Origin: Macrostomum lignano
Lineage: Eukaryota
DNA length: 64,000 nt
Direction: 5' to 3'
Assembly (NCBI GenBank): GCA_002269645.1
Contig: NIVC01000225.1
Coordinates: 1-64,000, forward strand
Shown here one piece after another: positions 12,232 through 24,060 of the stretch. The notes below the pieces were generated by a model. That model was not told where the DNA came from. It did not search any database and saw nothing but the letters and a program-made list of their open reading frames with translations. Made by a program: the position numbers and the translations under genes. Within the stretch, counting starts at the first letter, position 1, and each line of letters begins with the position of its first letter.

Positions 12232-12615
12232 CAACAGGGTCACATGATCACGGCAACCACCTGGCAGCAGGGTCTCATGATCACGGCAACCACCTGGCAA
12301 CAGGGTCTCATGATCACCCGGCAACCACCTGGCAACAGGGTCTGATGATCACCCGGCAACCACCTGGCAACAGGGTCTCATGATCACCCGGCAACCACCT
12401 GGCAACAGGGTCTCATGATCACCCGGCAACCACCTGGCAACAGGGTCTCATGATCACCCGGCAACCACCTGGCAACAGGGTCTCATGATCACCCGGCAAC
12501 CACCTGGCAACAGGGTCTCATGATCACCCGGCAACCACCTGGCAACAGGGTCTCATGATCACCCGGCAACCACCTGGCAACAGGCTCACATGATCACCCG
12601 GTACACCACCTGGCC
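12232..12615. repeat. 35-bp minisatellite in the NF-YB 3' UTR, overlapping the last codons
   Basis: Unit CAGGGTCTCATGATCACCCGGCAACCACCTGGCAA, period 35, about 11 copies. Confidence 0.93.
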
Positions 12616-13499
12616 GTTGCTATTCTCCAGGCCGGCCAGCGTCACGGCAGTCGGCGCCGAAACAACGGAAGGCGGAGGAGCGGCACCGCTGGCGTCAGCA
12701 GAGCTGGCAGCGGACGGCGTGTCCTGATTGACGCCACCGGAAGCCGAGGCGGAAGCGCCAGCGCTGCCAGCTCTCTCATTAGCCGCCTCCAGCTTGTTGG
12801 CCTCGCGGTATTTCAGCAGGTAGAGCTTCAGCGGCTCAATGTAGTTGTCAAGGCCCACGGCCTGAAGTGCATGGATAAAATCGATTTATGCTTGCTAAAT
12901 GCTAACTAGTAGTAATAAAAGAATTTTGAGCAAATATTGTTGCAGCAGGTTGAGCTGATGATGCTCAAGAAATCAATGCAGACTCGATCCCTAAATAGAT
13001 CGAAAGTGGCTGGTTTGAACTGAAGACCGGAAATCAGAAACTTTTGTTGCTACGGGACGGATGGTGCTGGCTAGTCAGGCCTCTCTTCTATGAAACAAAG
13101 CCCGAACCTACGAAGGGTCGCGTCTGTCGAGTGTTCCAAGTTCCCAGATTCCAAAGCCCTGATATGGACTGCAGCGTTTAAAAGACGGCACAGCCAACAC
13201 AGTGAAATCCGCAGCCGCACCTGCATAGCGGTGAGGATGTCCTCCCCGTTCATAGTCTTGCGCTTGTCATCCTGGCACCGGTCGGAGGCCTCCGAGGTGA
13301 TGAAGGAGATGAACTCGGAGACGCACTCCTGCACGCACTCTTTGGCCTCCTTGGTGATCTTGCCAGTCTCCGGGATGGTCCGCTTCATGATCTTCGATAT
13401 GTTGGCGATGGGCAGGAAGCGGTCCTGGTCACGGATGGGGGAGTGCTGGCCCACAGGGCGGTTCTCTCCACCAGGCGACTGCGGGTCCAGGCTCGAGTC
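12586..13499 (-). CDS. NFYB: Nuclear transcription factor Y subunit B (histone fold); start codon not resolved
   Basis: Exons 13499-13221 and 12861-12586 (stop TGA). [66 protein letters not shown]. First visible exon begins at a phase-0 acceptor (CTTCAG|GAC) with no Met before the core domain. Confidence 0.93.
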
Positions 13500-13966
13500 C
13501 TGAAGTTATTGCAATTTTAATAATCAGAGCAGTTTCTGTTGTGCTGTTTGGCTGCAAATACAAAAATAGCCAGGCTGCAGCAGCCTAACTACCCTCTATA
13601 GGTACATATACTTGGTACTGGAAATGTTTGCAATAAAAGTATAGAAAATCAAACATGACCAGGATGATAAAAATATACTAATAATAGCAAGAGAGTTGTA
13701 GGCACCCTGGTGCAATCAATGTATTTGGCAACATTGTTCTACAACCACCACTTAGGCAATTCTACCTATTCTATTGACTTTTTCTACTAAAACAAGTGCA
13801 GAGATACTATAATAATAACAATAATTGATTACACTTGCCTTAATGGGCAAATGTGCAACAAACAGCTCAGGTATACAGCTATTGCACAATGCATCTGAAG
13901 ACTGCATTTGGCTGCTCAGTCAAAGGACTGAGGGTTGCCACACATTCTCAAATACCTTAGCTAATT

Positions 13967-14095
13967 CTGGCACCCATTCTATTCTACAGCTAGGTGAACT
14001 GATAAATAAAGCAATGCAAACTTAAATGTCTTGCTCAAGGATACAATTTGCTTCAGTGGAATTAGGAATCAAACCACCAATCCCTTTACTCTAGA
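13967..14095 (-). mobile_element. Degenerate copy of the tRNA-derived SINE seen at 21.7-21.9 kb
   Basis: TGGCACCCATT...ACAGCT...AAGCAATG...TGTCTTGCTCAAGGATACAA...GAATCAAACC aligns with the intact copy; CpG positions are changed (TCGAAC to TCAAAC). Confidence 0.7.
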
Positions 14096-16127
14096 AATGT
14101 ATCCCATTTATATTTTTTATATCATAAACATTCTATTACATTTATTATTTATCTACCCTTTTTATTTTTTTCATTGGCACAAAATAAGGGGATAAATCTT
14201 AACCATAAGAGTAGGGGCACTATAACTATATTATACATTGGAGGGCCCTATAATATATACTAGATACTAAAATAAACTAGAACACTATAAATATATTAGA
14301 AAGGTACTATCATATATGCACAACTGTTGGCTAACCTGGCCACTATAAATTATGGTTAACTAGGAAATAAGATAAGTTGCAAAAATGGCCACCCTAAATA
14401 CAGATATAGTAGGCCTACAAATTAGATAATAAGCCATTTGGCTCATTCTATATAAGATAAACATTTTTGGAAAATAGAAAAAAGTCAATATTTTTGCTTG
14501 CCATTGCCTAATCAGCCAATTTTTTACCAAATGTTTTTTATATGTAATATCTACAATCTAAGAATAAATGAATTAATGATAAAATGTTGGATTAGTATGT
14601 TATCAAGTCGCAAAAAGTCATTTTGTAAAAATTTGGACATTTTTCTAAGCAAAAGACATTATTAAGTTTGTGTACCTTTTAAAAACAAATAGAAAGCTTT
14701 GGAAGGTTGAAACAAACTATAGATAAAAGTATAGTACTTGCATCATCAGATAAAAGCATTGGTGACCAAATATTCTATTATATTTTTAATATATTAGTAC
14801 CTCAAAGTTATTGAATTGACAGCAAAAAATATGTTACAACCATAATGTTACGACCATAAGGCTGCCTTTTCTTTTGTATCTTTGTTGCCTTTTTGAGTTT
14901 ATATATTCTACAAAAAGAGTATGATTATTACTGAAGATATTCTTAGTCAAATTTAAAAAAAATGTATTGCAAAATATTAAAAACAAAAAATGTTATAAGA
15001 CTTTTACCTTTTAGTTTCTATATGTCAAAAATCCTGTTGTTACGACTATAAGTGCCATTCAAGGTTTAATAGCATCTATACTAATGATGATATCTACATG
15101 AAACTCTAGACTATAAAAATATTCTTGACAAAATTATCTTTCATTTAAAATATTGGTTTAGTATATTCTATTATTATTTTTCATTTTATAAGTAAAAATA
15201 GCCTGTCATGTTACAACTGTGCTTATATGGAATGAGCCATTTAGCCTTAATAAGACAATCAGCTACTCTTACTATTTATCCAAAATTGTGTTAATTTTGT
15301 TTTAGGGTTTCTTTCATAAGTAAGTTGCATTTTTTGGTGAAAAAGTAAGTTGCACAGCCAATGTAAATCAGGGGAATACATATGCATAGGTACTATACTA
15401 AACAAATTGAGGGCAAACCTTTTTTGATAAAGACCTAAGCTTAGGCCTTTTTAAGTTAGTTAAGCAACTTCTAGCACTTTTCTATTTTCTGTTTTGGATT
15501 TAATCATTGTCTATAGATTCTAAGTATTATAGTTTAGAAAATTGATAATAATTTGTAGGACCATGGGATGGGACTATTAACCCAAAGGAAAGGGGGTAAT
15601 AGGCCTATCTGGCCCTATCATTGACATTGGCATCATTGCCAGCCAAGTAGCCATAAAGGGAAGGGATAGTCTTTCTGGCTGCCATGCCTACCTACCTACC
15701 CACTTAAATATAGTTAGGCCTATGTATAATAGTAGGCCTAGGCCTAATAAACAAATTTTACAAAGAAAACTTAACTAAAATTTAAATTTGATTGTCATTG
15801 AATTCAAGTAGGGGCCTAACTTCTAAAGTCATGGCTTATAATTAATTGCATTAATTATAGGCTTATACATTTTTAACTTCTCTTGCTCAAGATATAATTA
15901 TAACTTATATAAGTGGACATTAAATACAAAATAGCAACAATAAATTAATTGAAATATAATAAACCAAAACAAAAGCATATTGAATAGGCCTATGTCTAGC
16001 AAAATAGCACTAGAAGGTAGGCCTATTAGTATATTAATATACATGCCCACTGGCATTTCCAACTACTTGTAGGCATCTAACTGTTGAGTGTTGACTGTTG
16101 TTATTCAATTTGAGACAGAGACACTAT

Positions 16128-16387
16128 GGGCCTTTTCATATTGCTTGTTCTGGTTCCAGAACCAGAACCAATTTGTGAGGTATAACTTTTTGTCTCCATA
16201 ACTAGAGGGAGATACGTGCTATAAAGTTTTTATTATTGAATGACAATCGCCAAAAAGAAAGTGAAAAATCGTGCAAAGTGAGGCTGTTAAGGCAGTCAAA
16301 TATTAACAGAGTTTAATAGTTATACTGCTGTTTTTCTTGGAATTCCGAACCGATTCTGGTTCTGGAATTGGTAATATGAAAAGGCCC
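16128..16387. mobile_element. PIF/Harbinger-like MITE, 260 bp
   Basis: Perfect 15-bp TIR GGGCCTTTTCATATT (16128-16142) and AATATGAAAAGGCCC (16373-16387); subterminal inverted CCAGAACCAGAA / TTCTGGTTCTGG; 3-bp TSD TAT on both sides. Confidence 0.8.
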
Positions 16388-17890
16388 TATGACTAAACTA
16401 GCGTTAGATTTATTTGAATTAAATGCACAGTCCTAGAAATTACTGATTTTGCTTATAAAATCTTTTTAGGCCTTATGATTAACTACATTACATAGATACA
16501 CGTTGCTGACTAAAATTAGCATTACATGTAGTAGAGGGCATAGTGAAAGTGAAAGTGAACTCAATTAAGTAGAATTCAGGCTGCTGTGTAGCTGCGGCCG
16601 ACGTACATACACGCTGTAAGTGCAATTTTCCCTGGGGTTGTATACGGCATTAAATGTCTAATTAAAATAACAAAGAAAACATTTTACTAGCGCAAAGAGA
16701 GTTAATCTTTTCTTTAAATGTCAAATAAAGAAATTTAAAAACTGTTTATTGAATATTTATCAATATTTTTAACCAACACAGTTTATTTTTTCTTTCATTA
16801 GACTCTTTGAACAATTTTAACTTCGGACAATATGCATTTTTACCGAAATATAGTGCTTTGCTTCTTCTAATCAACAGTATAACAGACTTTTCATAGTTTA
16901 TTATAGGCCAGAGGAGGTTGGCCCCGATTATTGATTGGTTATTTAAATTAAAATATTTGAACTGAAGCTGCTTTTGATTTTAGTTATAAGATACTTAGAT
17001 TAGATGCACACAAACCGCGGTATAGTTTAGATTTGTAAAACTGTTTAAGTGGTGTTTTATTCTTAAAGAGTATTTAGCAATTATTTTTATCGAACACTCT
17101 CAGTTCCATTAACTACTATTTCCTACCTTGTAAATTTCCTCAGCGTATCGATGTTTTTTCAGAACTACCAATACATGCATTTTTGTGTTTTTATACTTTT
17201 GACCGGTCTCCCATATCCCATGAGGCATCACGTTTTCATCAAAATTTCATGGAAGTCATGAAAGCCTTGTCCCTTTAGTATTAAACTATAGTAGATAAAA
17301 ATTGAAATTCTAAAAAAATCACATGTCATACACTAGAATAAATAGACATCAACTGAATGAAAACCAAATCAAGATTTCCCATTTAGTGGAGAAATCTAGC
17401 TCGGATTTAATGAGTTTAATATGTAAGCAGTTTAAGTCACACTATTTACCTATTTCTTCAGCTCACCTACACTCTTTCATAATACTCAATGTGCAAATTA
17501 TCATAATTTTAACAAATTACATGTACAATGGTTTTATGTGCTATTTCTAATAGACACCAACAATAGGCTGTTGAAGACAAATTGTAGACAACAACAATAG
17601 GCTGGCTTTGCATTAAGTGCAATATGTAAAACAAAATCTAACGCGGCTGCTTTGTATTCTTATTAGATTTTTCACAAGGACCACTTCACAACGCGAGGAA
17701 AGAAATTAGAATAATATAAAGCATGGAATTTTTTAGACTGCTAAAAATGACTCATTACTTAGCGGAAGAGATTATATTATACGAAACGTGCTTTCTTTAA
17801 AAAACTTCGAAAAAAATGTAGATATTAGATATATATATAGCATTACCATAACATTTGATTTTTTTAAAGCGCTTTATTTGTTTTCTTCAG

Positions 17891-20800
17891 GCCGACTATC
17901 AGGCCCTCGATGGCAACGACAGCGGCGGTGACGGTGGCGGCAGTAGTGCGAGGAAGCGACGCGGAGGGCTAAGCCGCCTGGCGCAGAGGCGCGGCCTACT
18001 CTCGCCCAGCACCTCGAACCCTGATCTCGATTCCCCGCGTGAGCGTCAAGAATTGTCCGAGTCACCGCAGCGTCCATCGCCACCATTGCAGTCGTCGCCG
18101 CCGCCTCAGCGAGACAGTCGCCGAGCTCGGCAGAACGGCGATACGAACGGCGATGCGTCGCTTTCAGTAGCCGCTGACTTTTCAGTGAAGTCCTCCCCAC
18201 CGCCTGACCTGCACCGGAGTCACAGCACCCAGGAGCTCGAGCGGCTCAACGAATGGGACCGGGGCCACTCCAAGCGGCTCGGCCGTCTTGACCGGAAACT
18301 CGAGCGTCGTTTCGACTCCTCCGCACTGTCACTCGGAGCCACCGCCTCCGGCGACGCCGCCAGCACCTCAGCCAGCGTGGCCTCCAGCACAGGCGGCGGC
18401 TCCTCGGCGCTGCGCCGGATCCCCGTCGGGGATGCACGGCGGCAGCCGCTGCTGCACGGCTCCGTGGCCGCCGGCGGCCTCCTTGGCGCTGATCAGCTCG
18501 ACCAGTTAGTGCCCGACCGGCGACTCGAGCTCATGTCCGTGACCTGGAATATGGGCGAAGCCACGCCGCAGGTTGGTGTCTGGGTCTTGGCTGCCCCTTC
18601 CATATCATTTTCTGAAAATGTAACACAGCTGTTTTCAACAGTTTGCATCCCGAAAGTTATGCCTTAATTAAAGCAGCACTGCGAGATTCAACTGGCAGAG
18701 CCATGCCTTCATCTAAGACTTCCCATTCCGATCTTTCACTTCATCAATCAGCCAGATAATTTCAAGACTCTCTGCAGAAATGTATTTTTCTCGGCCTTAC
18801 AAAGTAGATCCAAACCTCGTGCTGCCCCGAGTCCCAGTGTCATTAGCAAAGACTTGCTCTAATAGCCACATATCTTGTGTTGACAAGGTTTAGTTTCCTT
18901 AGTTCTCAAACACAAGGCAGCCTGTTTTGATCGCCTGTGTTCGAATGTCTTCCTATCTTGAAAAGAGAGACAGTGCTGCGTAGATCCAGCACTGCTCAGG
19001 CTGAGCATAGGTTATCATTGCTGTAAAAACCTCCCAGCTCTGAACTAATAGGCAGCTTTGAACCGGACTTGAGTCGTCTTGTTAATTAAAGCCACCTGAT
19101 CAATGCTCAGCTCACTTGCACGACCTGAACTGAAAGCCTCACGAGCGGCAGTGGCTCAGGTGTCCCGCTGCACGCTGGGCTTTGCTGATCACCTCCTCCC
19201 CGCTCTCTCCTTCGCTTTGCTTTTTCTAGCCTTGAAAGCGCCTCCTCCCCTTCCCCTCCAGGCCTTTCCAGAGTACCTGGATCCCCTGTTCTTCCCGCCG
19301 GATCAGGAGCACGTGCCCGACATCTACTCGCTCAGCGTGCAGGAAGTCTGCTCCGATGTGTGAGCGAACCGCCTGTCCTTACCTGCTTTGCAGTCGCACT
19401 CACGCCATCAGTCTCTCAAAGCCTCCTCCCGCCTCTTCTCCGCCACCCACAGAGAAGAGCTTCTTATCCGTTGCCAGGCAACTATCGGGCCAACGCACGT
19501 GCTGTTCGAGTTTTGCCACTACAAATCCCTTCTCTGCGCGGTGTTCATCCGACGCGATCTTGTCTGGTTCGTGTCTCGTAAGTCACTGTCTGCTTTGTTT
19601 CAAAGCTACTTTTAGTAGTCTGGTCAGTGTCGAAACTCGAGAGTGGCTCAATTAAAACCTATGAGGGCTTTACGATAGAATTGGATGAATAGATATAGAT
19701 ATATGGATTTTTAAGGCATTGGAATCCAGAACCGATGCAATCTAACAATGATCAGAAAATTCACACCCGTTGTCTTCTTGCAGTGCCCGACACTTGCGCG
19801 GTGCAGACCAGGGCCGCTGTGTACACCAAGGGCTGCGCCGCTGTCTGCTTCACCCTGTTCGGCTCCTCAATGCTTTTCCTAAGCTGCCACTTCAAATGTG
19901 AGTAGCGGCGCTGCGACTGTCAATTTACCTTCAACCCTTCCTGACCGACTCTCAACTATCTTTCTTTCAGCCGACGACGGCAACTTTGAGGCCCGGATTG
20001 AAGATTACAAGAAAATTGTGCGCAAAGTTGACCTGCCGCGCTTCACCAAACCGATGTATCAGAGTAAGGCCTACCTGTATTTTCATACTATGAGGGCCTA
20101 TTTATTGAGCCAGTAAGATGGGACTTAAGAAGGGCCCGTGTTTCTGATGTCAAAACTGGTGACGGAGCGTCATCGTTGTCAGCAGCTCGTCTGTTCATCT
20201 CGGCATTCTAGTTTTGGAGCCATACCGAGACCCAGTAGCTGATGAACATTTTGCCCCAATTTAGAAGAGGTTCCGAATTTTGTGCCGCCACCCTGAAGTC
20301 GCGAATCACATTCCATATCTGTCTTTCCAATATCCGCCAGGCGATGACGTCACAGAGCGATTCGACTACGTGTTCTGGGCCGGCGATTTGAACTTCCGCC
20401 TACGCGTCGGCGAGTCCAGCCGGCTACGCGTTGACCGCCTGCTGCAGGGCGAAAACTTCTCCGACCGGCTGACGGCCGTCGACGAACTCAAAATGGCGCA
20501 GGCCGAGGGTCGCGTGTTCGAGCACTTCCTAGAGGGCGACATCCGCTTCCCGCCTACCTACAAGTTCGACATCGACACGGACAATTACGACACCTCGGGC
20601 AAGCAGCGGGTGCCCAGCTACACGGTAGGCTCTTGAGACGATGCACAAAGTACTATTTATTGTCATGGAAGTACTTTCTTTGTCAAAGCAGCACTAAAAG
20701 TGCATTGGTGCAAAGTTTACCTACGCAAGAGCAACGAATAAAATGTAGATGAGTTGGAGGATTTACCGTAGCGGGGTTGAGGCTAAAATTGAGGGAAACT

Positions 20801-23134
20801 GCGGAGTTTTCACCACCACATAATTGCAGCCTTGGTTCGAAATCGAACCAAGTTCGAAATCGAAAGTGACTGTGAGTTGTGATCTAGCGGTGAGAATCCC
20901 AGGTTTCACGCAGGTGACCCGGGAACGACTCCCAGACAGGTAACCACGGTGAGCTTCTACAACTGTGTCCAAAACTCCGATTGGCCTCATGACCGGATTC
21001 TGAGTTCTTACTCGTTGTCAACGGGTCCTAACCACTGAGTCAAGATCGCCCCCATGAACACACACGTCTCTAAAGACCACCGAAGTTCTATTCAACTATC
21101 GGCGTACATCCGTTTCGCACACGTGTACATGCAGGAGCTTTGCACCGCATCAAAGTACTTTTGTGACATTGGCGACCAACATGTAAATTTTAGCATCCAT
21201 TCCGTCATAACCAGCGCGGCTAATTTACATCACAAGAAGCATATATCAGAAAGCATTTGATTTATTCAAGTATTTCAAAAACTAAGGGCGATTTTTCATG
21301 CCTCCATCAAACGGGGCCATAAAATCGCACAGCTGATTTACACAGCTGCAACAATTTATGCACTCACCTGCGCACCTGCCTGACTGTCCGCCCGTCCAGG
21401 ACCGGGTCCTCTATCGCTGTCGCAAGCCCGGCAGCGCCACGGTGACCGCGTACAATAGCGTACCCGAGCTGCGCTGCTCCGATCACCGGGCGGTGTACGC
21501 CGTCATCAGCCTGCAGATCCGGCCCGGCTCCGACAAGTGAGACACCGCTGGCGGTGTTTAAATTTGTCTTCACTGTGTTTATAGTGATATTCTGTGGTGT
21601 TTCAATTTTATGGCCCTGGATTAACTAACTATTAGTTCTTGACGTCTCAACCACCCAAGGACGACATCTTGAGTAGACGGGAAGAATGCCAAAAATTGTT
21701 AAAATTTGTTCCAAAATTTCTTTCCATAATGAGCTAATGCTGGCACCCATTTTACAGCTGGCTGAACTGAAGCAATGTAGAGTTAAGTGTCTTGCTCAAG
21801 GACACAAATTGTTCCGCGTGGGTCGAGAATCGAACCCCCGACCTTTCAGTCGTGAGTTCGACGCTCTAACCACTAGGCTACAACTGTCTGTCTGTGCTGC
21901 CAAAAAACAAATCCTTATCCTCTGTTCTTTATCCTTTTTCCCGATTCCAACCGAGCTCACAGCAGACACCTCGCTGCGTTGGTCACTGCTCGGTGAGTGA
22001 CGGTCGCTTTGGAGTCGATAGCCAAATCTAAATCTTATCAGATGGTAGTGTGGATTATTAATTATCCATCTTGATTTGCAGATGAAATCATATAAATAAA
22101 AGTTTGGGTTCATTCTAGAAAAAAAATGTTGCAATCCAATGGATTCGCTGCGACATCGTCCCTAATGGACTTGTCGGGTAGCCTGCATGCTTCTGATTGT
22201 GCTAGTATTCCCTGAACTTTGAATCATGCTGATCAATACTAACAAAGTGGCCATTATTAGCGAACGCCATTTTCAATTTTTTAATTCCTTAAATTGAAAG
22301 ACTAAAGATAAGGCAGCTATTTTGCTATGCTTGTCAAGCTTTTAAAGCAACCAAAGATCGCAACCCGATCCTTCAGTGGGTGAGCTTCCCGCAGCCCGAT
22401 CATTCAGTGGGTGAGCTTCCCGCAGCCCGATCCTTCAGTGGGTGAGCTACCCGCAGCCCGATCCTTCAGTGGGTGAGCTTCCCGCAGCCCGATCCTTCAG
22501 TGGGTGAGCTTCCCGCAGCCCGATCCTTCAGTGGGTGAGCTTCCCGCAGCCCGATCCTTCAGTGGGTGAGCTTCCCGCAGCCCGATCCTTCAGTGGGTGA
22601 GCTTCCCGCAGCCCGATCCTTCAGTGTGTGAGGTTTCCGCAGCCCGATCCTTCAGTGGGTGAGCTACCCGCAACCCGATCCTTCAGTAGGTGAGCTACCC
22701 GCAGCCCGATCCTTCAGTAGGTGAGCTTCCCGCAGCCCGATCCTTCAGTAGGTGAGCTTCCCGCAGCCCGATCCTTCAGTGGGTGAGCTTCCCGCAGCCC
22801 GATCCTTCAGTGGGTGAGCTTCCCGCAGCCCGATCCTTCAGTGGGTGAGCTTCCCGCAGCCCGATTCTTCAGTGGGTGAGCTTCCTCCACCTTAACCTTC
22901 ATTAATCCCACCCATCTTGGAAATGCATTCAATAGACATCGCTGCATTCAGGCTATCAGCCGCTGTCTTCACCGCTCCGCCTTCCCTCCTCATCGCAGCC
23001 TTCCGCTGGCCTACGGCCGGTTCCGCCACACCTTCTACGTGGAGGGCAACAAGCGGCGGGCCAGACGCAACGACCTGGACGAAATACGCCGGAAAAGCAA
23101 CAGAGCTTCATCTGGCGTCTGCAGCCTCATGTGA
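17891..23134 (+). CDS. INPP5E: Inositol polyphosphate 5-phosphatase E; start codon not resolved
   Basis: Exons 17891-18571, 19262-19359, 19453-19577, 19784-19897, 19971-20063, 20341-20624, 21400-21536, 22999-23134 with consistent phases. S/P-rich N-terminus, VTWNM, VFIRRDLVWF, TKG, FWAGDLNFR, FPPTYKFD, KQRVPSYTDRVLY, SDHRAV, and C-terminal CaaX CSLM-stop. Confidence 0.92.
20760..21052 (-). mobile_element. Possible second tRNA-derived SINE fragment in INPP5E intron
   Basis: Minus strand begins GGGGCGATCTTGACTCAGTGGTTAGGAC (A-box-like); B-box is degenerate; 3' boundary uncertain. Confidence 0.3.
21741..21886 (-). mobile_element. tRNA-derived SINE with CORE-like central domain
   Basis: Minus strand GTTGTAGCCTAGTGGTTAGAGCGTC...GGTTCGATTCTC (A and B boxes), followed by GTGTCCTTGAGCAAGACACTTAAC...CTGTAAATGGG, which resembles the CORE-SINE domain; a second copy lies at about 14.0 kb. 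Confidence 0.75.
22360..22884. repeat. 31-bp minisatellite in the last INPP5E intron
   Basis: Unit GCAGCCCGATCCTTCAGTGGGTGAGCTTCCC, period 31, about 17 copies. Confidence 0.95.
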
Positions 23135-23251
23135 GCTGAGCAGCCCCGACTTCTGCTGAACACTGATGGCGATAATGGAAGCCGAGAGTTCAGTCTTGCG
23201 AATGCAGCTGAAGCTTTTATTTGAAAATTTTGTAAACATTTACCTATCGAA

Positions 23252-24060
23252 ACTCACTCTGGCTGAGACGAACCCGACTCACTCACCCTCTCTGGCTGAG
23301 ACCAGCCCCACGCACTCACCCACTCTGGCTGAGACCAGCCCCACGCACTCACCCACTCTGGCTGAGACCAGCCCCACGCACTCACCCACTCTGGCTGAGA
23401 CCAGCCCCACACACTCACCCACTCTGGCAGAGACCAGTCCCACACACTCACCCACTCTGGCTGAGACCAGCCCCACACACTCACCCACTCTGGCTGAGAC
23501 CAGCCCCACGCACTCACCCACTCTGGCTGAAACCAACCCCACGCACTCACCCACTCTGTCTGAGACCAGCCCCACACACTCACCCACTCTGGCTGAGACC
23601 AGCCCCACACACTCACCCACTCTGGCAGAGACCAGCCCCACACACTCACCCACTCTGGCTGAGACCAGCCCCACGCACTCACCCACTCTGGCTGAGACCA
23701 GCCCCACGCACTCACCCACTCTGTCTGAGACCAGCCCCACACACTCACCCACTCTGGCAGAGACCAGCCCCACGCACTCACCCACTCTGGCAGAGACCAG
23801 CCCCACACACTCACCCACTCTGGCTGAGACCAGCCCCACGCACTCACCCACTCTGGCTGAGACCAGCCCCACGCACTCACCCACTCTGGCTGAGACCAGC
23901 CCCACGCACTCACCCACTCTGGCTGAAACCAACCCCACGCACTCACCCACTCTGTCTGAGACCAGCCCCACACACTCACCCACTCTGGCTGAGACCAACC
24001 CCACACCCTCACCCACTCTGGCTGAGACCAGCCCCACGCACTCACCCACTCTGACTGAGT
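23252..24060. repeat. 33-bp minisatellite just downstream of the INPP5E stop
   Basis: Unit CTGGCTGAGACCAGCCCCACGCACTCACCCACT, about 24 copies; reads (LAETSPTHSPT)n on +. Confidence 0.95.

Noticed and set aside
21810-21886. Functional tRNA gene
   Set aside because: A and B boxes are present, but no convincing acceptor stem is seen and it continues into a SINE core domain that has a second degenerate copy.
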